From positions 7,075 through 71,074 of the forward strand of contig JAFGPA010000031.1 of assembly GCA_016926175.1 (NCBI GenBank): 64,000 nt of DNA, written 5' to 3'. This document shows positions 40,217 to 49,273 of the stretch, one piece after another (the stretch's first letter is position 1; each line of letters starts with the position of its first letter). The stretch comes from Candidatus Micrarchaeota archaeon (GTDB lineage: Archaea > Micrarchaeota > Micrarchaeia > Anstonellales > Bilamarchaeaceae). The position numbers and the translations under genes are program-made. The notes under the pieces are model-generated. The model searched no databases, had not been told where the DNA came from, and saw nothing but the letters and a program-made list of their open reading frames with translations.

Positions 40217-41464
40217 TTAATAAAGTGCCTTGGCCTTTGTGGCTTCATCAATCCTTCCAAGGGCAAGCACATATGCGGCAGTTCTCATGTCTATTTTCCT
40301 GTTTTTGTGAATATCAAATGTTGCATTGAACTCTTCAACCATTTTTTCATGGAGTTTGGCATTCACATCATCCTCTTTCCAGTAGTATCCCTGTTTGTTC
40401 TGTACCCATTCAAAGTATGATACGCAAACGCCTCCTGAATTTGCCAGAATGTCAGGAACAAGGAAAATTCCTTTCTGATAAAGTATGTCATCTGCTTCAG
40501 GAGTGGTCGGTCCATTGGCAAGCTCAACAATCATTTTTGCCTTTACCCTGGCGGCATTGTCTTTTGTTACCTGATTTTCCAAAGCAGCCAGGATAAGTAT
40601 ATCGCAATCAAGCTCAAGAAGCTGTTCCTGGGTTATTTTATTGCATCCGGGGTATGCATCAACATGCTTTTCCCTTTTTTTCACTGAAATGAGCTTTTCA
40701 TATTCAAAGCCTGCCTCAAGATGGGCACCGCCTTTGGAATCCGAAACTGCAATAATCTTATAGCCATCTGCTGCAAGCAGCCTTACCATGTGGGATCCTG
40801 CATTTCCAAAGCCCTGTATTGCAACGGTTTTCCCGGGATTTACCTTTCCAGCAGCTTCCTTGATGCAATAATAGCCGCCAAGTGCAGTTGCATACTCCCT
40901 GCCCAAAGACCCTCCAAGGGACAGTGGCTTCCCTGTAATTACTGCAGGGGAATATGTTCCGGTAATGATGGAATATTCATCCATCATCCAGGCCATGATC
41001 TGGCCAGTGGTATAAACGTCAGGTGCAGGAATATCCCTGTCAGGGCCAACAATCCTGTATGCCTTTCTCATCCAGCCCCTTGAAAGCCTTTCAAGCTCTC
41101 CTTTGGAAAGTTTTTGCGGATCCACTGTTATGCCCCCTTTTCCCCCTCCGTAGGGGATATTGATGACAGCGCATTTGATTACCATCCAGAATGATAGTGC
41201 CTTAACTTCATCAATTGTTACTCCGGGATGATATCTTATCCCTCCCTTTGTTGGCCCGCGAGCGTCATTATAGCGTACTCGATGGCCTTCAAATACCTTC
41301 AGGGTTCCATCATCCATTCTTACTGGAATGGAAAATGAAAAAGTTTCTGTGGGATATTTCAGTGTTTCCTCAGTTTCCTGAGCCAGTTTTACATGCTTCT
41401 TTGCCTTTTCTAGTTGCTTCTGGGCATTTTCAAATACCATAATATCAGCCTTTGATTTGATCAT
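40217..41464 (-). CDS. gdhA: Glutamate dehydrogenase
   Basis: RGPTKGGIRYH, GGGKGG, DIPAPDV, QGFGNAG, ELANGP, SYFEWVQN. Confidence 0.96.
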   Translation of the reverse strand: MIKSKADIMVFENAQKQLEKAKKHVKLAQETEETLKYPTETFSFSIPVRMDDGTLKVFEGHRVRYNDARGPTKGGIRYHPGVTIDEVKALSFWMVIKCAVINIPYGGGKGGITVDPQKLSKGELERLSRGWMRKAYRIVGPDRDIPAPDVYTTGQIMAWMMDEYSIITGTYSPAVITGKPLSLGGSLGREYATALGGYYCIKEAAGKVNPGKTVAIQGFGNAGSHMVRLLAADGYKIIAVSDSKGGAHLEAGFEYEKLISVKKREKHVDAYPGCNKITQEQLLELDCDILILAALENQVTKDNAARVKAKMIVELANGPTTPEADDILYQKGIFLVPDILANSGGVCVSYFEWVQNKQGYYWKEDDVNAKLHEKMVEEFNATFDIHKNRKIDMRTAAYVLALGRIDEATKAKALY

Positions 41465-41523
41465 GTTCTTGATGACTACATGATTATAAATCTTCTGCCG
41501 GGCAGTTCGTTAAGAAACGGATT

Positions 41524-42645
41524 TTACTTCCATTTGTTAAACAAAATAAGGAACAATGCTGATACTGCTGCAAGAATCCAGAACAGGGCATAAAAGCCAA
41601 ATACAGTAATAATTATGCCGCCTGCAAAAAGCAGTATGAAGTCAATGGCTCTCAGAGGCAGGAACAAAAGTGCTGTTTCCAGTGAAACGTACCTGGTTCT
41701 CAGGATATGGTCAAACAAAAGGTATTCTGTGAATATGTTGGTGACTCCAAGGCAAATGGCAACAAGAACAATGAATATGAGAAGATTGGAAATAAATGGT
41801 CCAAAAACCAAGGTAGGTATTATTATCGACATTATGAGCAGCAGGAGCGTTTTCCTGGTTTTTAGCCTGATGAAAACAAGTGACGCAATAGCAGCCAGGA
41901 TATTTATTGCAGCAAGGGAAAGTCCTATATCGCCAAAACTCATGGCAAGTTCATTTCTGAAATAAACGGGGAGAAGAAAACCTATCAGAATATTGTAAAC
42001 CGTGATGAGAAAGGCAAGCAGAATTCCTGTCTTCCAGAAAGAATGGGGCCTTTTTCTGAATATTCTTTTGATAGACTGCTTGTCGAGCCGGTAATCTTTT
42101 ATGTCTATCAGCTCCCTGGACAGCATGATCAGAACAAGCACTGCAGATAGTATTAAAAGTGCAAGAAAAGTGTCGTGGAATGAGAGATATAAAAGAAGAA
42201 TGCCGCCGGCTATTTTTCCTGCACCATCACAAAATGTACGGAGACTGGAAAAAAAAGCAAGAACGCTGGAGCTTTTTCTTGCAACCGCCATGGTTTCTGC
42301 CCTTATAGTAGACCAGAAACCGCCTGTCCTTATGCCCTCAAGAAAACTTCCTGAAACAAATGCGGAAAGAGTTCCTGCAGAGATATAAATCAGGATTGCA
42401 GCCATGTTAACAAAAGAATAAAGGAAGGCAATTTTCCTCAGTCCGATCTTTTCAGCCAGCGCACCAAGAAGTATGTAAAATATCATGAAACTCAGTGCAG
42501 ATACTGCCATGATAATTCCGATTTCATCAGGTCCGAATCCTTTTTCTATAAGGTAAAGCGGCAATACCACTCCAAGTGCTGAAACAAGAAATATGTAAAT
42601 AATATTTATAAGATACAGAAGATATCTGTCTTGTTTTTTTGACAT
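41524..42645 (-). CDS. MFS transporter
   Basis: About 12 TM segments; GALAEKIGLRK loop motif. Confidence 0.88.
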   Translation of the reverse strand: MSKKQDRYLLYLINIIYIFLVSALGVVLPLYLIEKGFGPDEIGIIMAVSALSFMIFYILLGALAEKIGLRKIAFLYSFVNMAAILIYISAGTLSAFVSGSFLEGIRTGGFWSTIRAETMAVARKSSSVLAFFSSLRTFCDGAGKIAGGILLLYLSFHDTFLALLILSAVLVLIMLSRELIDIKDYRLDKQSIKRIFRKRPHSFWKTGILLAFLITVYNILIGFLLPVYFRNELAMSFGDIGLSLAAINILAAIASLVFIRLKTRKTLLLLIMSIIIPTLVFGPFISNLLIFIVLVAICLGVTNIFTEYLLFDHILRTRYVSLETALLFLPLRAIDFILLFAGGIIITVFGFYALFWILAAVSALFLILFNKWK

Positions 42646-42670
42646 TGTCAGTTCCTTATTAAATGAGATA

Positions 42671-43567
42671 TTAAACTCTTCGCAAAGGCAGCTTTTTCCG
42701 GATTTCAGGGGTGTCAGATTCTCTTCTAACAGGAACGGTTGCCTCTGCCATCCTGTATGCCAGTCTTATGTCAAATCTTGCATCACTTAAGATCTTGTAG
42801 AATTTTGGATCATTTATAATATCGCCATACCTGGCTTCTATCTCAGTAACCCTGTTGCCCCTTATTCTTACTGTAACGTGCTGGTCAACAAACCTTGCAC
42901 CAAGACTGTAATCGCTATGATCCTTTGGATGAGCCCCGTAATCCAGGCCCTGTGGATGATTTGGCCGGTACTGGACAAGATTCCCTCTGTGTTCCTTTGG
43001 GACCTGGTGTATTATGACATCTTTTTTTTGTCCGCATACAATGCCATATTTTGGCAGATTTCTTTGCTTTATTTTTCCGTCTGCAATAACGCTTTGGGAC
43101 CATGCAAACTCCGGGGATAGCATGTATTTTGTTGACCTGTCCAGCTTCATCCCGGTTTCCCTTGAGATTTCCCCTGCATCTATAAGGTCGAGCAGTCCAT
43201 TTTCCTTTTTTGCCTGGACATAGACGGCATCCACCACCTTTTTCGTTGGCAGTGCCATATCAAGCTGGCCTGCAAGCCGCTGGAGTGCAACAGGACTTAA
43301 AGGAACACGTACATAGTCTTCATTGCTTCCAATTGCAAGATAATCAGGTGCCACACGTATTATGATTTCAACTTCCATGCCATCCACAGTTCCTGTAAGT
43401 GTCACTTCCCTCCAGTTTTCCGGCCTCATGAAATCAGGTACATTTCCAGACATAACCTCTCTTATTACGGCAGATTCGTATTCCGGACCATAAATCATTT
43501 TGATTCCTGTCATGAACTGCGAGCCTCGAAGAGCATCCTTTTTTCTTGGAGGCAGTGGTTTTGCCAT
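42671..43567 (-). CDS. Hypothetical protein resembling an uncharacterised bacterial family
   Basis: PDYLAIGSNEDYVRVPL, LPTKKVVDAVY, GQKKDV, DYSLGARFV blocks (recalled family, unverified). Confidence 0.65.
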   Translation of the reverse strand: MAKPLPPRKKDALRGSQFMTGIKMIYGPEYESAVIREVMSGNVPDFMRPENWREVTLTGTVDGMEVEIIIRVAPDYLAIGSNEDYVRVPLSPVALQRLAGQLDMALPTKKVVDAVYVQAKKENGLLDLIDAGEISRETGMKLDRSTKYMLSPEFAWSQSVIADGKIKQRNLPKYGIVCGQKKDVIIHQVPKEHRGNLVQYRPNHPQGLDYGAHPKDHSDYSLGARFVDQHVTVRIRGNRVTEIEARYGDIINDPKFYKILSDARFDIRLAYRMAEATVPVRRESDTPEIRKKLPLRRV

Positions 43568-43601
43568 GCACTTAAAAACAGTTTAATCTATAAAATCCTT
43601 T

Positions 43602-44234
43602 TCATTCGACAGATATCCTTGCCTGATCTCTGGAAATAGTTTCAAAACAGAGGAAGCTGATGCCCTGGAATGAAAGGAACTTCCTAAAATCTTCTTCGCT
43701 AAGATAAAAGTCTCCTTCCCGGATTGTTCCTGAATCAGGCAGAGTTACGGTAAATTCTATTTTGCCTCTTGGGATATCGTCAGGATTCCTTAAAATCTGC
43801 AATGCCAGTTCCTCTTCAGCTGTGATATCCCTTTTAAGATGCCGCTTAACCTTTTCAATATCCAGATCCATACTTTCAGTTATTCTTATTTCTACTGAAC
43901 CCTCAGTAACAGTTGTTATCCTCCAGCTTTTTTCCTCAATGAAGAATAATGGAAGAGGGTGGGTGGCGTTATAATTCAGTTGCTTTTTTTCATTGAATAT
44001 GTAGTCCCCTTCGCTGAAAATTCCTTGGACCGGAAGTTTTTCAGTATAGGCATTATTGGCATGCCCGTGAATTTCTGAAGCAACTATGCAATATTCAGAG
44101 TTCTTTCTGCCGGCATCTGTTCCATGGACTTCTGATTTCAAAAAAGGCACTTCAACGACAGGAGCATGTATTGGTGTTTTTGCAGGACTACAGCCTATGG
44201 AAGAAACGATCAATGCCATGGAAAGCCTTTTCAT
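43602..44234 (-). CDS. Hypothetical lipoprotein-like protein
   Basis: MKRLSMALIVSSIGC signal. Confidence 0.65.
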   Translation of the reverse strand: MKRLSMALIVSSIGCSPAKTPIHAPVVEVPFLKSEVHGTDAGRKNSEYCIVASEIHGHANNAYTEKLPVQGIFSEGDYIFNEKKQLNYNATHPLPLFFIEEKSWRITTVTEGSVEIRITESMDLDIEKVKRHLKRDITAEEELALQILRNPDDIPRGKIEFTVTLPDSGTIREGDFYLSEEDFRKFLSFQGISFLCFETISRDQARISVE

Positions 44235-44331
44235 GGATATAATGTGTTAATTAGTGTTTATAAATATATACTTAGCTGTGTTTCGGTCATATCAAAAAGT
44301 GTTTAATAGTGTTTGGTTATATATTAATAGC

Positions 44332-44628
44332 ATGAGGAAAAAAATGAGGGCAAAAATCATTGATTTTAAGACGCGGCCATTTGCAAAAAAATTGTGTGCA
44401 GAGGCCGGACTTACAAAAGACGGCAAGCCAAGCCATCTCAGATTGGTCAATGAAGATAGCAATATACCCCCAAAGGAAAAATTAGAGGAAGTGAAGCGCA
44501 TTGTGAAAAAGGCGGATTTGCTTGGTGTTGGAGTATCAGGGTTTATTCTGGAGTTTACAAAGCTTAAGATAGATAAGCTGGTTGAAAGAATCATAGTAAA
44601 AACATCCGAATTAATAGTCCGGAAGTAA
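44332..44628 (+). CDS. Small basic hypothetical protein
   Basis: MRKKMRAKIIDF..., TATA-like sequence upstream. Confidence 0.55.
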   Translation: MRKKMRAKIIDFKTRPFAKKLCAEAGLTKDGKPSHLRLVNEDSNIPPKEKLEEVKRIVKKADLLGVGVSGFILEFTKLKIDKLVERIIVKTSELIVRK

Positions 44629-44970
44629 TCATCTATTTAGTATTCTTTTTGCATTTTCCCTTATATGTTCTGAATCAGTGGTTTCAAGGACTTCAGAAAC
44701 AAGCTCTGGACCATCTTTTTGTAGTGCCATTACCTTCATGGCATCAACAACATCATCTTCGGTCATTATATGCCTGCCATGGGCTGCAATGAATTCTGCA
44801 GTTCGGTCTTTTTTTCTTATTTCAGCCAAATGCTGTTTCAGCATACTTTCTGATTCTTCATATGCTTTCTCCAGGACATTGATTTTTCTAAGTATTGTTC
44901 CCCGAAAAGGAGAAAACCTTCGTGCCTGAGGAGTAGCCGGAACGGTATCCTTCGTTAATGCATCACCCAA
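44629..44970 (-). CDS. Orphan helical family member P5
   Basis: FRGTILR...SESMLKQHLAE...HG...TEDDVVDA...IRENAKRIL; SD AGGTGG. Confidence 0.75.
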   Translation of the reverse strand: MGDALTKDTVPATPQARRFSPFRGTILRKINVLEKAYEESESMLKQHLAEIRKKDRTAEFIAAHGRHIMTEDDVVDAMKVMALQKDGPELVSEVLETTDSEHIRENAKRILNR

Positions 44971-45136
44971 AAACCCACCTGCATTAGATCTTGATTTATT
45001 TACATATAAACCTTTGTTTTTTCATATAAAAATTCTATTAAAATTAGATAAAAATAACAAAATATAATTTTTTTATATGACATTTATGTCGGAAATCCCA
45101 TTTTTTATATAACTATTCTCACGCATTAAAAAATGA

Positions 45137-46075
45137 TTATTTCTCTTCCCATACAATATCAATCTTTGTGGGATAACTCGATTTTATACCTGGCCGGTTT
45201 GATATTCTTTCAACCTTGGTTATTTCTTCTGCTGCCACAGGAGGCCTGGATTGTCTGGGATGAAGATGTATGTTATTTGCCATTGCAAGAAGATCAATTT
45301 CATCCTGCACTTTTTCAGGGCAATTGTTTCTCCAGGATGGTTTTCTTTGAAGGATATGCAATCCTTCCAAAGTTGGTGGAACATCAATGAAAGCAAGAAA
45401 ATCCAGAGCTTCGCCATCAAAATAAAATCGTTTGTCTGAACTTACCTTGATCATGGCACTTTTACGTATGTTAAGGCATGATGCACCATCTGTATCTTCA
45501 AGAAAAGACATTGATCCTCTTCCCAGAGGGATATACTCAAATGATGAGCCTTCAGACTCGCTTCTGAAAACAAAAAAGCCTGCAATCCTTGATATCCGTT
45601 CTGCAGATTCGGAAAATGACAATGCATGTTCAGGAGCAGGAATGCCAAATTCATGGATTCCATTGCCAAGGCAAAAGGCCTCTATATTACTTATAAGCTC
45701 TCTTTTTCTTTTTTGATCCTCAGAAGAGCATTCCAAAAGTTCTTTTTTAAGATTATTATGAACGAATCTTGCCAGCCTTTGTACATTCTCTTTTCCATGA
45801 ATAATGGAAATATCTGTTCGGCCGGACAACTGGCATTGCCCCAAATTTTTAAGTGCCGTTTCCATTCTCCCTATGACAACTGAAAATGGCTCTCCTTCGG
45901 ATTCCATACGTAAAACACATGAGCGGCATTTTAATTTTGAAAATTGTATTTCGTTGACTGGTCCGTTCCGTGGAATAATTTTTGAGCTTAATAAAACGCC
46001 GTCGGTAAGCGGGGCAGGCAGCTGTTTTTTGACAATTTGCTGTATGCTTTCTGAAGAAAGTTTGGCTTGGTGCAT
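45137..46075 (-). CDS. Hypothetical protein
   Basis: 312-aa ORF, no motif recognised. Confidence 0.65.
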   Translation of the reverse strand: MHQAKLSSESIQQIVKKQLPAPLTDGVLLSSKIIPRNGPVNEIQFSKLKCRSCVLRMESEGEPFSVVIGRMETALKNLGQCQLSGRTDISIIHGKENVQRLARFVHNNLKKELLECSSEDQKRKRELISNIEAFCLGNGIHEFGIPAPEHALSFSESAERISRIAGFFVFRSESEGSSFEYIPLGRGSMSFLEDTDGASCLNIRKSAMIKVSSDKRFYFDGEALDFLAFIDVPPTLEGLHILQRKPSWRNNCPEKVQDEIDLLAMANNIHLHPRQSRPPVAAEEITKVERISNRPGIKSSYPTKIDIVWEEK

Positions 46076-46354
46076 ATATGCCAGATTCTAAACTGATTTG
46101 TTTTTAATAGTATATCTGCCTGGAGATTCTCTGGGATAGACTTTCACAGGTTTCCAGAGCACTTTAATGACAAATGGCCTTAATAGCTGTTAAGAATCAA
46201 AATCAGTCTTTGTATATGCAATTATCGCAAAACAAATTTTTTAATGCCTTATAGTGTCATAAAAAACCAGCAGGAATATAAATTCTATAGCCACAATAAT
46301 ACTTTTATGAAAACTTCAAAATATTTCCATCCAGTTCAACCCCTGTGCTGCTGC

Positions 46355-47071
46355 ATGAGAAGAACAAGAATAATGGGAAAAAAAGAATGGAGAACGATAA
46401 TGGACAGAAGCAAAGAGGTTGAAGGCCAGTGGAAGAGATACGCTCCGCCTGATGGGCCATTGATGGATCTTCTGGTAAATTACGGAGGAACCCCGTTTTC
46501 AGTAAAGGAAGGAAAAAGCAGTAAACAACTAACTGCATTTTACCGGCAAAAATTTCAGAATGGCGTGTTGTTTGATCTTGGTGCCGGAACTGAGAGGTCC
46601 TATACTGCAATGTCAGAATTTGCCTATCTGACCGGTATAAAGGAATATGTTGCAGTAGACAAATACCAGAATTTCAGCACTTTGCACTCAAGATACGCCC
46701 TTCAGTGCCTTGAAATGAAATATGGAAAAGTTGACATGAAGATAGATTTTGTAAATGCAGACATGCTTTATTTCCTGGCGAACCAGGCAGGAAACAGCGC
46801 CAGCATTGCAATCAATGGGGTGGATGATTTATGCATAACCCCATTCAACTATGAAAGCGCAGGATATGTTGATGAACTTATGAAACAAATGGCCAGAGTT
46901 CTGGAACCGGGCGGGCTTGTTTTTGGTGCAAATTCCCCCCATATTAAAGCATTGGATATGTTTGGGCTTGTTCCTTTTTGCCATATCCCGGGCTATGGAG
47001 ACCTGCCCGGAATCACTGAAACATGGTTTTTCACAAAAGCCGGTAATAGGATTAATAAAATTGACAGCTAA
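46355..47071 (+). CDS. Divergent SAM-dependent methyltransferase-like protein
   Basis: LFDLGAG, YVAVD, ADML, MARVLEPGG. Start trimmed to MRRTRI. Confidence 0.75.
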   Translation: MRRTRIMGKKEWRTIMDRSKEVEGQWKRYAPPDGPLMDLLVNYGGTPFSVKEGKSSKQLTAFYRQKFQNGVLFDLGAGTERSYTAMSEFAYLTGIKEYVAVDKYQNFSTLHSRYALQCLEMKYGKVDMKIDFVNADMLYFLANQAGNSASIAINGVDDLCITPFNYESAGYVDELMKQMARVLEPGGLVFGANSPHIKALDMFGLVPFCHIPGYGDLPGITETWFFTKAGNRINKIDS

Positions 47072-47080
47072 CTACTGATC

Positions 47081-47947
47081 ATGGAGGATTTCAATTCCTG
47101 GCTTTCACAGTATACTGACGCTGACAGCTGTATAAGCTCATTCTGCAGTCAAAAGCAGTTCTTCAGAGTCAATACCATCAAAACAACTGTTGAAAAGTTT
47201 ACCGGCATGTCCAGGCTGAAATTCCAGGCAAGCAGCCATTGCAATGTCGCTTTTGAATATCAGGATCAGTTCCAGATTGGAAAAACATGGGAGTATTTTC
47301 TTGGGTATATCTATCCCCAGAGCCTGCCCTCAATACTTGTTTCTGCAGTTCTCAATCCAGGAAAAAATGACATTGTACTTGATGTTGCTGCAGCTCCGGG
47401 ATCAAAGTTCTCCCATATTGCAATGAGCATGGAAAACAGAGGGGTGCTTGTTGGCAATGATTACAAAAAGGAAAAGATCTCTGCCCTTTATTCAACCATC
47501 AACAGGATGAACATACTAAACTGCATTGTAACAATGAGGGATGGCAAAATGCTTGACTGGAAGGAGAGGTTTACCAGGGTACTTCTGGATGCACCGTGCA
47601 CTGCGTTGGGAAGCGGTCCGTCTGCAGGAAAGCGGTGGGAGCCAGACCATTCAAAACAAATAGCATCCACCCAGAAAAAAATGCTTTTCAGCGCATACGA
47701 TGCACTGAAGCCCGGAGGAGAGATGGTTTATTCAACATGCACCTATCCAAAAGAGGAAAACGAAGATGTGGTCAGCAATCTTCTTGAGAATACAGATGCA
47801 TCACTGCTGGATGTTGGCCTTGACGTGCCCCATGAGCATGGACTTGCAGAATATGGGCATGAATTCCGGAAAACTTACCGTATTTATCCGCAGCACCTTC
47901 AGAGCGAGGGCTTTTTCATAGCAAAAATAAGGAAGGGAAGCCAATGA
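47081..47947 (+). CDS. RsmB/NOP2/RsmF family RNA m5C methyltransferase (copy 2)
   Basis: VLDVAAAPGSK, LLDAPCTALG, YSTCT, EGFFIAK. Confidence 0.95.
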   Translation: MEDFNSWLSQYTDADSCISSFCSQKQFFRVNTIKTTVEKFTGMSRLKFQASSHCNVAFEYQDQFQIGKTWEYFLGYIYPQSLPSILVSAVLNPGKNDIVLDVAAAPGSKFSHIAMSMENRGVLVGNDYKKEKISALYSTINRMNILNCIVTMRDGKMLDWKERFTRVLLDAPCTALGSGPSAGKRWEPDHSKQIASTQKKMLFSAYDALKPGGEMVYSTCTYPKEENEDVVSNLLENTDASLLDVGLDVPHEHGLAEYGHEFRKTYRIYPQHLQSEGFFIAKIRKGSQ

Positions 47948-48363
47948 GAAAAGAGCAAAACTTCAGGAAATACATTGAAAAACATTTCAAAATTGAGCTG
48001 CCTGAGGGAGTGGACATTTTTTATACAAAGGGGATCAGGGTAGGCAACAATGTCCTGAAAAAAAGCAGGATAAATGGCGAACTTGGGTATGCTGCAGCGG
48101 ACTTCGGCTTCAATCCCACAAATTCATTCATCCAGAATTTTGGCCATCTGGCAAAAAAGAATATTGTGAGGCTGAAAAAAGAAGAGGCAGTTGAATTTGC
48201 CGCAGGAAAGGATATCAAAATGGATCTTGGAATCCGGGCAAAGCACGTGATAGTGACTTATAAGGGGCATGTGCTTGGACTTGGCCGTTATGATAAAACT
48301 AAAATCGCCAATAAAATCCCTGAAAAAAGAAGACGGATTATTGAGAACCCAGATGGTCTGTAA
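47944..48363 (+). CDS. RsmF C-terminal/NIP7-like accessory domain protein (copy 2)
   Basis: NPTNSFIQNFGHLAKKN, NKIPEKRR; paralog of 26192-26602. Confidence 0.75.
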   Translation: MRKEQNFRKYIEKHFKIELPEGVDIFYTKGIRVGNNVLKKSRINGELGYAAADFGFNPTNSFIQNFGHLAKKNIVRLKKEEAVEFAAGKDIKMDLGIRAKHVIVTYKGHVLGLGRYDKTKIANKIPEKRRRIIENPDGL

Positions 48364-49066
48364 TCCATCCAGATATCACAGCAGACATTTTCCTGAAATG
48401 TTCCGGATCTCTGAAAAAATGGTCTGCGCCTTCAACAACAACCAGTCTTTTTTCTTCGCTTCCCAAAGAAAATATCAGGTTTTCTGCATGGGAAATGTGA
48501 ACTGTGGCATCCAGATTCCCATGAACTACAAGGGCCGGCGAGGTTATAGCAGCTGCTATCCGTCGCATGTCATATTTTTTCGCATCCTCATAAACATCGT
48601 AATGCCATTTTCTGCTGAAAGGCTGCAGATAGCCTTTTCTTTGCCATTCCTTTATGCCGTTTTCGCCAAGCCTCCACTTCCAGAGCTCCAATGGCAAAAA
48701 CACCGGACATTTGAGGGCAATAACATCTGGCTGCCTCTGGCTTGCAACAATCAGGGACACCGGCCCCGTAAAGCTTGAACCGTCAAGGCCAATTTTTTCA
48801 TATCTGGATGCTGCATAATCATAGACTGCATTAAGGGAATCAACTGCCTTTGAAGTTGTAAGGTGCTCGATATCACCTTCACTTTCCCCATGGCCATACA
48901 TGTCGTATGAAATTGTTGATATTCCGGCCTGGTTAAGCAACCTGCTTACTTCTAAGTTCGTTCTGCTGTCCTTATTGGAGAGATAGCCGTGTGATAATAT
49001 GGCGACAGATTTTCCATGAGCCTGCTCTTTCAGTGCAACCTTTCCGCTTTTGGATTCAATAAACAT
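48338..49066 (-). CDS. Alpha/beta hydrolase
   Basis: LSHGY, GHGESEG, GSSFTG nucleophile elbow, HGNLD, GADH. Confidence 0.9.
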   Translation of the reverse strand: MFIESKSGKVALKEQAHGKSVAILSHGYLSNKDSRTNLEVSRLLNQAGISTISYDMYGHGESEGDIEHLTTSKAVDSLNAVYDYAASRYEKIGLDGSSFTGPVSLIVASQRQPDVIALKCPVFLPLELWKWRLGENGIKEWQRKGYLQPFSRKWHYDVYEDAKKYDMRRIAAAITSPALVVHGNLDATVHISHAENLIFSLGSEEKRLVVVEGADHFFRDPEHFRKMSAVISGWITDHLGSQ

Positions 49067-49117
49067 GCAATAAAAATCTTGGAAAAAGTACTAAAACCTA
49101 GCTAAAGAAACAGTTTT

Positions 49118-49273
49118 ATGGAAGTGAAGGTCTGTCCCAGATGCAAGAAGCCTGTGGAAGCAAAGGATTACGGCACCAGCCTAACTATTTTATGGGGCGG
49201 ACTGGACCCAAAGTTCAGATGCAGCAAATGCAGATACAGCGGCCCACTGATAGTTCTCAGTGATGAAGAGTAA
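49118..49273 (+). CDS. 51-aa Zn-finger microprotein
   Basis: MEVKVCPRCKK...FRCSKCRYSGP. Below the ORF-track cutoff. Confidence 0.75.
   Translation: MEVKVCPRCKKPVEAKDYGTSLTILWGGLDPKFRCSKCRYSGPLIVLSDEE

Noticed and set aside
44332..44628. KIIDF and HLRLV motifs reminiscent of bacterial ClpX-adaptor tails
   Set aside because: Motifs are too short to distinguish from chance.
46141..46162. CTGGAAAC resembling a mini-ORB
   Set aside because: Single weak match with no G-string or partner repeat.
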